A stretch of 64,000 nt of DNA. It comes from Hyphomonadaceae bacterium BRH_c29. GTDB taxonomy: Bacteria > Pseudomonadota > Alphaproteobacteria > Caulobacterales > Hyphomonadaceae. The stretch is from positions 1,224-65,223 of the forward strand of contig LADW01000003.1 of assembly GCA_000961695.1 (NCBI GenBank), written 5' to 3'. Below, in pieces: positions 1 through 9,100 of the stretch; positions within the stretch are counted from its first letter, which is position 1, and every line of letters starts with the position of its first letter. The position numbers were made by a program, and so were the translations under genes. The notes below the pieces were generated by a model. That model searched no databases, was not told the origin of the DNA, and saw only the letters and a list, made by a program, of their open reading frames with translations.

Positions 1-534
1 TGGCACGACCTTGTTGACCATGCCGAGTTCATAGGCGCGCTGGGCCGGCAGTGGGTCGCCGGTCAGGATGACTTCGAGCGCCATCGCCTTGCCGATCACG
101 CGCGGCAGGCGGAACAGGCCGCCCGCACCGGCAACCAGCGAGCGCTTCACTTCCGGCAGGCCGAAATTCGTGTCGTCGGCGCAGATGATCATGTCGCAGG
201 AGAGGGCGACTTCCGTGCCGCCAGCCAGCGCCGAGCCTGTGATCGCGGCGATCAGCGGCTTGGTGCGCTCGCGGCGGGCGATGCCTGCAAAGCCGCCTTT
301 CTTTGTTGAAAGGGCGGCGCCGTTGCCGGCGGAGATTTCTTTCAGGTCCGCCCCGGCGCAGAAGGCCTTGCCGACGGCGGTGAGGATGCCAACCCAGACT
401 TCCGGATCGGATTCCATCTGGTCGAGCGCGGCTTCCATTGTGGCGGCCATCTCGCCATTGATGGCATTGCGGGCTTCCGGGCGGTTCATGGTGATGACCG
501 CAACGTGGCCGTTCTTGACGTATTCGACGGGCAT
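1..534 (-). CDS. Enoyl-CoA hydratase/isomerase (crotonase) family protein, 3' end outside window
   Basis: Manual translation from ATG at 534: MPVEYVKNGHVAVITMNRPEARNAI...KAFCAGADLKE...PLIAAITGSALAGGTEVALSCDMIICADDTNFGLPEVKRSL; classic crotonase motifs. Not in the ORF track because it has no stop in the window. Confidence 0.93.
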   Translation of the reverse strand, partial: MPVEYVKNGHVAVITMNRPEARNAINGEMAATMEAALDQMESDPEVWVGILTAVGKAFCAGADLKEISAGNGAALSTKKGGFAGIARRERTKPLIAAITGSALAGGTEVALSCDMIICADDTNFGLPEVKRSLVAGAGGLFRLPRVIGKAMALEVILTGDPLPAQRAYELGMVNKVVP

Positions 535-640
535 GGGGCTTCCTCCTATGGGATTGTTTCCCAAGAGCTAGAAGGCTTTCCCCAACGTCGCGCAAGTCTC
601 CCTCTTGCCGGACCTTGGGGCAGGGTCTTGTAATGGGGGC

Positions 641-1834
641 ATGGAACTTGATCTCAGCCCCGAATACGAAGCCTTCCGCAAGGACGTGAACCGTGTCCTG
701 ACGGAAAATGCCCATCTTGCGCCCGGACCGGAAGACAAGGGGTATAAAAACCCCAAACGGCTCGCCTGGCAGAAATTCCTGATCGAACAGGGCCTCACGG
801 CCCGAACGATCCCGAAGGAATATGGCGGCTATGGCGCCGAGCCGGACTTGCTCAAGTCACGCATCATTGCGGAGGAGTTTGCCCGAACCGGCGTGCCACG
901 CGCGCTGGCCGGGCAGGGCATCTCGATGCTGGTGCCGACCCTGCTGGAACTGGGCACGCCAGAGCAGAAAGAGGCGTATATCCGCCCGACGCTGCATGGC
1001 GAGATGATCTGGTGTCAGGGCTATTCCGAGCCGGGCGCGGGCTCTGACCTCGCCGCCCTGCGCACGACGGCGGAGGAGGATGGCGACGACTTCGTCATCA
1101 ATGGCCAGAAGATCTGGACCTCCACCGCCAAACAGGCCGACATGATTTTCTGCCTTGTGCGGACCGATCCGAACGCGAAGAAGCATCACGGCATCTCCTA
1201 CATCCTGTTCCCGATGGACACGCCGGGCATCGATGTGCGCCCGCTGGTCGACATGACAGAGAATGCGAACTTCAACGAAGTCTTCTTCACCAATGTGCGC
1301 GTGCCGAAAAGCGGCATCGTGTTCGAGGTGAACAAGGGCTGGCAGGTGGCGAATGCCACGCTGACGCATGAGCGCGGCATGCTGGGCGACCCGAACGCGA
1401 CCAAGGCGCGGTTCCTGGAACTGGTTGAGCTGTTCAGGACCGAGACGCTGAACTGCGAGCGGCTGATGGACAATCCGCTGATGCGTGACCGCCTGATGAA
1501 GCTGCAGGCGGAAGTCTATGCGATGCAGGCGAACGGCCTGCGCGTGACGACGGCGAGCCTGAAGAAGGAAAGCGCTGGCCTGGCTGGCCTCATCGTGAAA
1601 CTGATGGGGTGTGAGCTGAACCACCAGATCGCGGGCCTTGCCATCGATGCGCTGGGCGAGCTTGGCATCCTCTATGGCGAGGGGGACCATCTGAGGGCGG
1701 ATGGGTCGTGGCAGTGGCGCTACATGTACGATCTCGGCCTGATCATTGGCGGCGGCACGGCGCAGATCCAGAAGAACATCATTTCCGAACGCGGCCTCGA
1801 CATGCCGCGCGAACCCAAGCCGGCGAGGGCGTAA
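641..1834 (+). CDS. Acyl-CoA dehydrogenase family protein (larger subunit of a paired ACAD)
   Basis: WCQGYSEPGAGSDLAAL, INGQKIWTS, FNEVFFTNVRVP and IGGGTAQIQKNII motifs; start set at ATG 641. Confidence 0.95.
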   Translation: MELDLSPEYEAFRKDVNRVLTENAHLAPGPEDKGYKNPKRLAWQKFLIEQGLTARTIPKEYGGYGAEPDLLKSRIIAEEFARTGVPRALAGQGISMLVPTLLELGTPEQKEAYIRPTLHGEMIWCQGYSEPGAGSDLAALRTTAEEDGDDFVINGQKIWTSTAKQADMIFCLVRTDPNAKKHHGISYILFPMDTPGIDVRPLVDMTENANFNEVFFTNVRVPKSGIVFEVNKGWQVANATLTHERGMLGDPNATKARFLELVELFRTETLNCERLMDNPLMRDRLMKLQAEVYAMQANGLRVTTASLKKESAGLAGLIVKLMGCELNHQIAGLAIDALGELGILYGEGDHLRADGSWQWRYMYDLGLIIGGGTAQIQKNIISERGLDMPREPKPARA

Positions 1835-1838
1835 GGCG

Positions 1839-2885
1839 ATGGAATTTGCACTCTCAGAAGACCAGCGCCTGCTGCAGGATTCAATTTCGGGCTTCCTGAA
1901 GGACGCCGCCCCGCTGGATGTGATCCGCAAGATCGCCGATGGCGATGCGGAGGCTGCGGCTGCGCTGGATGCCGGGATCGCGGAAATGGGCATTGCGGGC
2001 CTGCATGTGCCTGAAGCGGTCGGTGGTTCCGGACTTGGCTTGCTGGAGGCCTGCCTCGTGCAGGAGGCGCTCGGCTATGCGGTCGCGCCGTCCGGCTTCA
2101 TGGCAGCAACTGTTGCGGCGCACTTGTTTGCGCAGGCCGGGTCTGAATATGCCGGGGGCATTGCGACTGGCGACATGGTGTTCGGCCTTGCGCTGACGGA
2201 GCTTGTCTCCCGGCGCGATGGCGCGGGCGTGATGTCTACGGGAGACCTGCTGTCAGGCCGGTCCTTGCTGGCCATGGTGCCAGAGGGTGCCACGCATGTG
2301 CTGACAGCGGATGGGGATGGCGTGTTCCATGTCGTCGATGACTGGTCTGCCGCGCCCATGCGGACGATTGACCGGACGCGGATGTTTCAGGAGCTCGTCT
2401 TTGATCGCGTAGAGAGTCGCAGTGAGGTGATGGGGGACGATGGCGTGCTTGCGGCCGCGCGCCTGCTCGTCGCTGCGGACACGCTAGGCGCCGCGCAGGC
2501 CATGCTCGACAAGGCTGTGGCCTATGCGAAGGAGCGCAAACAGTTCGGCCGGGTGATCGGCTCGTTCCAGGCGGTCAAGCATATGTGCGCCGAGATGGCC
2601 GCGAAGCTGGAACCGGCCCGCGCGCTCGTCTGGCATGCGGCCTATGCGATGGACACGGGCGATCCGGAAGCGTTCGCGATGGCGAACCTCGCCAAGGCGC
2701 ACCTTGCGGAGGTTGGCACGTTTGTCGCCAAGATTTCCACGGAAGTGCATGGCGGCATGGGCTTCACCGACCTTGTGGGCCTGCACTACTGGTTCAAGCG
2801 GATCGGCGTGAACCGGCAGCTGTTCGGCAGTCCGGAACAGGCACGCAAGACAGCGGCAGAACTGCAGGGGTTCGTAGAGGCTTAG
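1839..2885 (+). CDS. Acyl-CoA dehydrogenase family protein (partner subunit)
   Basis: MEFALSEDQRLL start, YAKERKQFGRVIGSFQAVKH, EVHGGMGFT; starts 4 bp after the previous stop. Confidence 0.93.
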   Translation: MEFALSEDQRLLQDSISGFLKDAAPLDVIRKIADGDAEAAAALDAGIAEMGIAGLHVPEAVGGSGLGLLEACLVQEALGYAVAPSGFMAATVAAHLFAQAGSEYAGGIATGDMVFGLALTELVSRRDGAGVMSTGDLLSGRSLLAMVPEGATHVLTADGDGVFHVVDDWSAAPMRTIDRTRMFQELVFDRVESRSEVMGDDGVLAAARLLVAADTLGAAQAMLDKAVAYAKERKQFGRVIGSFQAVKHMCAEMAAKLEPARALVWHAAYAMDTGDPEAFAMANLAKAHLAEVGTFVAKISTEVHGGMGFTDLVGLHYWFKRIGVNRQLFGSPEQARKTAAELQGFVEA

Positions 2886-3841
2886 GCCTGACGGCGAATG
2901 GGTGCCGGTTGATCTGCACGCAGGGCCTGTAGCGGGTTTTGCCGGAAGCAGGTGTTTTGCTCTGCGTCCAGGAGGCCGCGCAACCAGTCCAGCACGGCGG
3001 CGCAGCGTTCCAGCCGCTTTGTGCGTTCCGGGAACGAGATCCAGATGTCTGACCGCACTTCAGGGATCGGGCAGATGCGCTGAATGTCCGTCTGCGTGCT
3101 TTCGATGAAGGTCGGCAGGGCGCAGAGGGCTGCGCCTGTCCGGCACTCGGCCAGCGCGGCGGCCAGGCTGTTGGAGACGGGCGAACGCTCGCAGAACTGC
3201 CGAAGCGGATCAGATGGCTGCTGGGCGGCTGTGATCATGTTGGCCAGTGGTTGCGGGAACAGGCAGCGCGCGGAATAGATCGCAGCCAGCTGCGACAGGC
3301 CACCGGATGCCGCCGGATGCGACGGGATCGCGTAGATCGCGTAATGCACCTTGCCCAGCCTGCGGGTGATCAGGTCTGACTGGACCGGGCGTTCCAGGGT
3401 GAGGAAAATGTCTGCGACGCCGGAATTGTCAGCCGTTGGGTGGACCCAGGCGCTGGCGCGCAGGTCAATGTCCGGCTTGGCTTTCAGGAAGTCCGCGATC
3501 CGTGGCGCGATCCAGTAGGCCAGTAGCGCCTCGTCCGCATCCAGCTGTACCCGGCCGATGTCGGTGCTTTCCTGGTCGGCCACATCGACCTGAACCGCTT
3601 CCATCACATCCGCCATGACATTGGCGTGGCGTAGCAGGATCTGACCGGCGTCGGTGAGTTCAATGCCCCGGGTCGAGCGATGGAAGAGCCTCGTATTGAG
3701 GTCTGCTTCAAGGTCAGACATCCGTCGGCTGATGGTGGGGACGGAGCCACCCAGCCGGGCGGCCGCCGCACTCATGCTGCCTAGAAAAGCGACCGCCCGG
3801 AACACCCGGATCTTGTCCCAGTCAAACAGCTCAGCCTGCAT
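2882..3841 (-). CDS. LysR family transcriptional regulator
   Basis: N-terminal HTH DWDKIRVFRAVAFLGSMSAAAARLGGSVPTISRRMSDLEADLNTRLFHRSTRGIELTDAG; 319 aa. Confidence 0.93.
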   Translation of the reverse strand: MQAELFDWDKIRVFRAVAFLGSMSAAAARLGGSVPTISRRMSDLEADLNTRLFHRSTRGIELTDAGQILLRHANVMADVMEAVQVDVADQESTDIGRVQLDADEALLAYWIAPRIADFLKAKPDIDLRASAWVHPTADNSGVADIFLTLERPVQSDLITRRLGKVHYAIYAIPSHPAASGGLSQLAAIYSARCLFPQPLANMITAAQQPSDPLRQFCERSPVSNSLAAALAECRTGAALCALPTFIESTQTDIQRICPIPEVRSDIWISFPERTKRLERCAAVLDWLRGLLDAEQNTCFRQNPLQALRADQPAPIRRQA

Positions 3842-3943
3842 CCCATCCCCTTGCAGGGCTGAAAAGCCCTCTTTCTCTCACGGCTAAAGCCCCAACCAGA
3901 GAAAACTGAAAAACTCTATCTCAGCGTGTAGGGGAGAGTTAAC

Positions 3944-4519
3944 GTGAACGCAACGAGAAATAGTATTTTATCCACAATGCACGTAGACATTGTCCGCGTC
4001 GAACAGCGGGCGCGGGACTTCGGGTTCCGCCATGCGGGCCTTGCTGATCTGACAGCAGGCATAGAGATGGCCGAATCGCTGATGGGGTCCGCCATTGCAA
4101 CGGCTGAGGCCGTGATGCGGATGGATGTGGTCACCGGCATGACCGCCTGGGTGACCGGAGACCCCGTCGACGGCATCTTCTTCGTGCTGCCGCTGTCACC
4201 CGCCGGCGAACAGGCCGTGCGGGATGGCAGCTACCACCCGGCAGACCCCGCGCCCACACATCTTGCCTGGCAGGGCCGGGACGTGGCGGGTGTCTATATC
4301 GGCGTCTATGCTGGCGCCACGAAAGAGGCGCGCCGCGCGGTGATGACCGCCGCCGCCGTGATGCGGGTCGAACTGTTCGCCCCTGTGCCGAGCTTTGCGC
4401 GCGGCGCCACGGAGGACGGCAAGCGCTCCATGGCGTCGCTTGGCTTTTCGCCGCTGGAAGGCGGCCTTCCGGATCTTTGGGTGCAGGAAGCGCTGTCCAC
4501 CGGATCGGAGGCCGCGTGA
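3944..4519 (+). CDS. Hypothetical protein (possible degenerate GNAT-like fold), coupled to the downstream GNAT
   Basis: 191-aa ORF with GGGGAG RBS before GTG; its TGA overlaps the next ATG (TGATG). Confidence 0.7.
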   Translation: MNATRNSILSTMHVDIVRVEQRARDFGFRHAGLADLTAGIEMAESLMGSAIATAEAVMRMDVVTGMTAWVTGDPVDGIFFVLPLSPAGEQAVRDGSYHPADPAPTHLAWQGRDVAGVYIGVYAGATKEARRAVMTAAAVMRVELFAPVPSFARGATEDGKRSMASLGFSPLEGGLPDLWVQEALSTGSEAA

Positions 4520-5145
4520 TGGGGCGCCCCTGGATTGGCCTGCAGGGACTTTGCCGTTCGGTGCCTGATGAGGCCTGGGGCCGCTACCGCGCTCGCCCGG
4601 TGCGTACACTGGACGAGCTTCAGATGGTGGCGGCCATCCGCGCGGCGGTGTTCATGTCGGAACAGGCCTGTCCGTATAAGGAGGAGTATGATGGCAACGA
4701 TCTTTGCGCCACGCACTTTCTTCTGTTCGACGGGAAGGAGCCTGTCGGCACGCTGCGAGTGCGCTGGTTCGCGGATTTCGCGAAGCTGGAGCGGATCGCC
4801 CTGTTGCCGCGAGAGCGGGGGCGGATGGGGCTGCGCGTCCTGCTGGCCGAGATGTTCGAACTGGTCGCGCGCAAAGGCTATTCCCGCATGCTGGGCCAGA
4901 TACAGGCGCGCCTCTGGCCGGTCTGGTCACGCACGTTCAATTGCCGCCTGCTGCCGGGACGCGGGCCGTTCTGGTTCTCTGACTATGAGTATCGCGAGAT
5001 CGAGATTTTCGTGCCGGCTCACCCAAGGGCGCTGCCAATGGAAGCAGACCCCTACGTCATCATCCGCCCCGAAGGCAGCTGGGACACACCGGGCGTGCTC
5101 GACGCCTCCGCCGGGCGTTCGCCGGGGCATGAAGAAGCGGCGTAA
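4519..5145 (+). CDS. GNAT family N-acyltransferase
   Basis: IRAAVFMSEQACPYKEEYDGND...EPVGTLRVRWFADFAKLERIALLPRERG resembles ElaA/YjcF-type GNATs. Confidence 0.85.
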   Translation: MGRPWIGLQGLCRSVPDEAWGRYRARPVRTLDELQMVAAIRAAVFMSEQACPYKEEYDGNDLCATHFLLFDGKEPVGTLRVRWFADFAKLERIALLPRERGRMGLRVLLAEMFELVARKGYSRMLGQIQARLWPVWSRTFNCRLLPGRGPFWFSDYEYREIEIFVPAHPRALPMEADPYVIIRPEGSWDTPGVLDASAGRSPGHEEAA

Positions 5146-5251
5146 GCCTATCATTTGATTGCTAGGAAGTCTGGAAGGGGCCCCGAGGGCTGTGCTGTAG
5201 TCTCCTCGTCGCGTACGGTCTGATTCGATAGCAATTCTCGTGGAGACCGCA

Positions 5252-5911
5252 ATGTTGTGTTTTGTAGCTCAGCCGTTCCGCGATCCGTATGATCAGCGGT
5301 TTAAAGATGTTTACGCGCCAGCATTGCGTGAAGCGGGCTTAGAACCTTACCGCGTTGATACAGACCCGGGCGTCAGCATTATCATCGATACTATAGAAGA
5401 GAAAATTCGTGAGGCTGATTTTGTCTTCGCCGACATTACGGAAGACAATCCCAGCGTGTACTTTGAAGTCGGATACGCGCGATCACAGAACAAGCCTTTG
5501 ATTTTGGTGAGGGAGCGACGACCTAGGAGGCGCCTTCCATTCGACATTCAACACCGGTTGGTAATCTATTATGGCACTGGCTCCCCAACAGCCTACGAAG
5601 ACTTGAGATCTAAGATCACAGCACGAGCAAATGCCCTAAAGAAGGAAATTAAGCCGCGGACACGCAGTCAAAGCGTCGAGGCCTACTTGGAACGGGTCAT
5701 TGCAGAAAATGTGACGCTCCATGCATCTATGGCCACACTTGAAACCGAGTTAAAGAGTTGGGCGGCGAGTGAATCGTCAGCGCGCGCGATGTTGGAAATG
5801 CAACTTGAGGAACGAAAGCCAGAAAATACGGTTGCGGCGGCAATATATGGTCAAGGGCCTTTTGCTACGGCAACGGTAGCGGAGGCAAAGGCATTACTTG
5901 GATTAGACTAA
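5252..5911 (+). CDS. Nucleoside 2-deoxyribosyltransferase-like (NDT/TIR-like flavodoxin fold) protein with C-terminal coiled coil
   Basis: CFVAQPF...IEEKIREADFVFADITEDNPSVYFEVGYARSQNKPLILV...LPFDIQH; visibly lower GC than flanks; GGAG RBS before ATG 5252. Confidence 0.8.
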   Translation: MLCFVAQPFRDPYDQRFKDVYAPALREAGLEPYRVDTDPGVSIIIDTIEEKIREADFVFADITEDNPSVYFEVGYARSQNKPLILVRERRPRRRLPFDIQHRLVIYYGTGSPTAYEDLRSKITARANALKKEIKPRTRSQSVEAYLERVIAENVTLHASMATLETELKSWAASESSARAMLEMQLEERKPENTVAAAIYGQGPFATATVAEAKALLGLD

Positions 5912-5940
5912 TTCCAATTGTGCGCCTGTTTGATTTGAAA

Positions 5941-5961
5941 TGGTGCCCGGGGGCGGAATCG
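5941..5961 (-). other. att site: duplicated tRNA 3' end (probably tRNA-Phe; tRNA-Leu not excluded)
   Basis: Reverse complement CGATTCCGCCCCCGGGCACCA = part of the T loop, T stem 3' arm, acceptor arm, discriminator A and CCA; the tRNA-like sequence stops abruptly at 5962. Confidence 0.8.
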
Positions 5962-6001
5962 TGATGGCTCTCAATGCCTTGTATTAACTGCACAAATCAA
6001 G

Positions 6002-6039
6002 TTGTTGGCATTTGCCCATGCCATGAATTCTGCCAACAA
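6002..6039. repeat. 9-bp inverted repeat next to att (possible integrase arm-type/accessory site)
   Basis: TTGTTGGCA (6002-6010) and TGCCAACAA (6031-6039), 40 bp inside att. Confidence 0.4.
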
Positions 6040-6120
6040 GAGGAATTCGCAAATGGTTTGATTCCGAATTCCACAAGAAATGAGTACTGAAGTCATCCAT
6101 GTGTCCCCGAACGGGGGCGA

Positions 6121-9100
6121 GTGCCAAGGTCTGGACTGACTCTTGAGGACTTTTTTTCACAGCCTCTTAAGTCATCTAATATTTGGAGAGGTCGTTGCCC
6201 ACTCGCCGCGGCTCAGATTGGTGAACTCCTTGCTAGTGCGCTGCTTGAGTCCAAAAAGAGCTGTTCTGAGTTTCTGAATCGAGTCTCGAAGCGGGTGCCA
6301 TACTTGAGCGAATTCATTGACATAGAAAGGCGGTTCACGCCGCTGCTTGAAGACGAACCCTTCGACGCTTTGCTGTCGGCGCGCTGCAGCGTCATTCTCG
6401 GTATGCAGGGATCAGGAAAGACGACTGAGCTCCGCCGCGCGCGCGAGAGATTGCGGCTTGCCGGCAAGGCCTGTTTCCTGGTGCGCCTAGAGACGCTCGA
6501 GAGGCTCGGACTGAGAGACAGCTTTGATCCGGAAGACAGAGATGCCCGCAGGCGTTTTGACCTCTGGCTCCTTTCGAAGACACCTGGCATCTTTCTACTG
6601 GACGCCCTTGATGAAGCGACACTTCCGGCGGGGGCAGGCGCCGAGGTGCTGACCGGCGCGATGAGAGCGTTTGAACAAGGCGTCGGCGAGGCTGGCGGGA
6701 GATGTACGCTCGTCATCACTTCCCGGGGAAGTGAATGGGACCACGAAACGGATCGCCGTCTGCTCATGGCATTGATGAGCGATCTCGTGGGTGAGACTTT
6801 TGACAAGCTGCCCCGCGAGAAGGCGCTCAACGTGTACGCCCTTGCGGCGCTGAGCCGGCAACAGGTGGCAGCGCTCGCGACAGCCCGTGACATCGAAGGC
6901 GGCGCCTTTGTCAAAGCGATCCTCGACAATCGCTGCCAGGCGCTCGCCCGAACCCCGCTGGAAGTTGGCTACCTGTGTGATGTCTGGAAAGAGGATCTCG
7001 CGAGCGGACGTGCGTCGGCGGACAGTTTTTCGACACGGGCAAAACTCTTCGAAAGAGCAACCGAGTACAAGCTGCGTCCTCCTGCACAAGGATCAAGGCG
7101 GTCTAACTTGCCGAGGGACGCTGTCCTTGAGGGGGTTGAGGCGCTCGCAGCGGCGACGATCATCTGTGGTGTGAACGACATCTCACTGAACATGCAGACC
7201 GGTCGGGTCATCGATCCGGGAGATGTGCTGTCCGGCACGACACGAAGCTGGGCGGAATCCGAATTGCGCCAGCTCCTCAGTTTCGGATTTTTTGCGGCGG
7301 AGATTGCAGGCAGGGTCCGGTTCGCTCACCGTGAAATGCGCGACTTTCTGGCTGCGCGTTATTTCGATCACCTGATAACGCAATCCGGAGGGGCGCTCGA
7401 TTGTATTGCGCCTTTGATCGCACGGTTCGGGCAGTATGAGACCATTCCCGGCGGGTTGTACAATTTCTTTGGATGGCTTGCGACGTTCAACGCCGCCGCC
7501 AGAAGAAGGGTAATCGCCCTGTATCCGACATTGATCATGGAAACGGGCGACCCTCGTAAAATATCGCCAGACGACCGTGCCAGGGCGCTCCGGGCGCATG
7601 CCGCGGCGTACCGAGACCGGGTGTCGCGTGGTCATTATTTCTACGATGCCGATCTTGTGGCTTTTTCAACGCCCGATCTGGCGCCAACACTCGCTGAACT
7701 GTTGCGGGATGCCACATCGCCAGAACTGTTGATGCATCTCCTCGAGATCGCGAGATGCGGGCGGTTCGTCGATCTCGCCGAACCGGTCTGTCTCCTCGCC
7801 TGCGATCAGAGTCAAAAACTCAGTGTACGTACTGAAGCGCTCGCGGCGCTGCACGAGACCGGAAATGATATGGCCACTGGAAGGGCGCTCGACGCGGTCC
7901 GGCAGACCATCGCGTCCGGGGGGATCGTCTCACCGGACAGTGCCGGCCGCTGGAACGAATTCCTGATCATGGCCGCCAGATTGGCGACCGCCGGAGGCGG
8001 GCAGGTGGATTGCGCTCGCGAGTTTCTGGCGCCGTTAGCGCGCGAACGGCGTAACGGCTCTGCGATGGCTGGAAGCGTGGCAAAGACCATGGTCGACACC
8101 GATGATCCTCAGCGCCGGAACGACTGGATCGCTCTGCTGATACCGTTAATTCTGTCTGGCCGCTCCGACGATCACGGTCGCGCACCAAAGTACGTCGTGG
8201 AGCGCCTTTGCCTGCTGCCGGCTGCAGCCTCACTCCTGGCTGATCGGCTGACTTGGACCGACGATGCGGCCGTCACGCCAGAATTACTGTACCTTGCAGA
8301 AGGCTTGTGCAGCCTGACTTACGAACAGGCGCCCTACCGGTATGCCGGTGACATAAAGGGATTTGCCAAGGGCTTGGCAAAGCGATGTGACATCAAAGCC
8401 GAGATGCTGGCCAGCCGGTGGTCATCCCTTGAAGGCGATGCCCGCGGAAAGTCCTGGGATGTGATACATTATCTGGGGACGGATCGAACTGGATCGGACG
8501 AAGCCATCTGGCACGCCGGAGATGTTATCGAACAGCTGGAGCGCGCCAAGAAGGCTCAGAGCGAAGAAGACAAGGCCGCCCATTTTCACATCGCCCGGCA
8601 AATCGTCTCTGAACTGCGAAGCGATGCCGGGCGGACCGAAGCCTACGAAGCGCTTGTGGCGTTTGCGCGCCAAAGCGGCAGGAAGGATTTCAGGCGCCTT
8701 GTTGTCATGCGATGGCCTCGCCCCTTCTGGTCCTGGTGGAACCAGAACAGCTATATATTCAGATACGACCATGTAAAACGGGTTTGGCCGAGGCGGGTCA
8801 GGGACATTTGCACGCGCAGCAGGCGGCGCATCTATGATCGCTGGTACAGATTGCGACATGCGAAAAAAACAGCGCGGGGCGAAGCTGGGAACGTACTCGC
8901 TTGGGCAGGGCGGCAGCATCGGCGAGACCATGAAGACAAGGGCGTTGCTGTCAATCTCGATGTGCTCGCCAAACGATATGGCCGCACTTTCGCCCGGCGC
9001 GCAGAGGCCGGATACCGTGCGCTCTGGCGGAAGGTTCAGCCGGGCCTGCCCCTCAACTGGGGAGAGCCACTCATCGAGGCGGCGGCGCTTGGGCTGGAGC

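Noticed and set aside
29-715. 228-aa ORF on the minus strand
   Set aside because: Wrong-frame shadow. The real crotonase gene is in another minus frame starting at 534 and runs off the window.
857-1993. 378-aa antisense ORF
   Set aside because: Mirror frame of the acyl-CoA dehydrogenase; typical of GC-rich DNA, no motifs.
5941-5961. Complete tRNA gene
   Set aside because: Only the last 21 nt are present; no anticodon or D arm follows, so it was called an att copy.
6080-6139. 19-codon ORF overlapping the STAND start (possible leader or frameshifted N-terminus)
   Set aside because: No RBS or motif support; cannot be distinguished from chance without homologue alignment.
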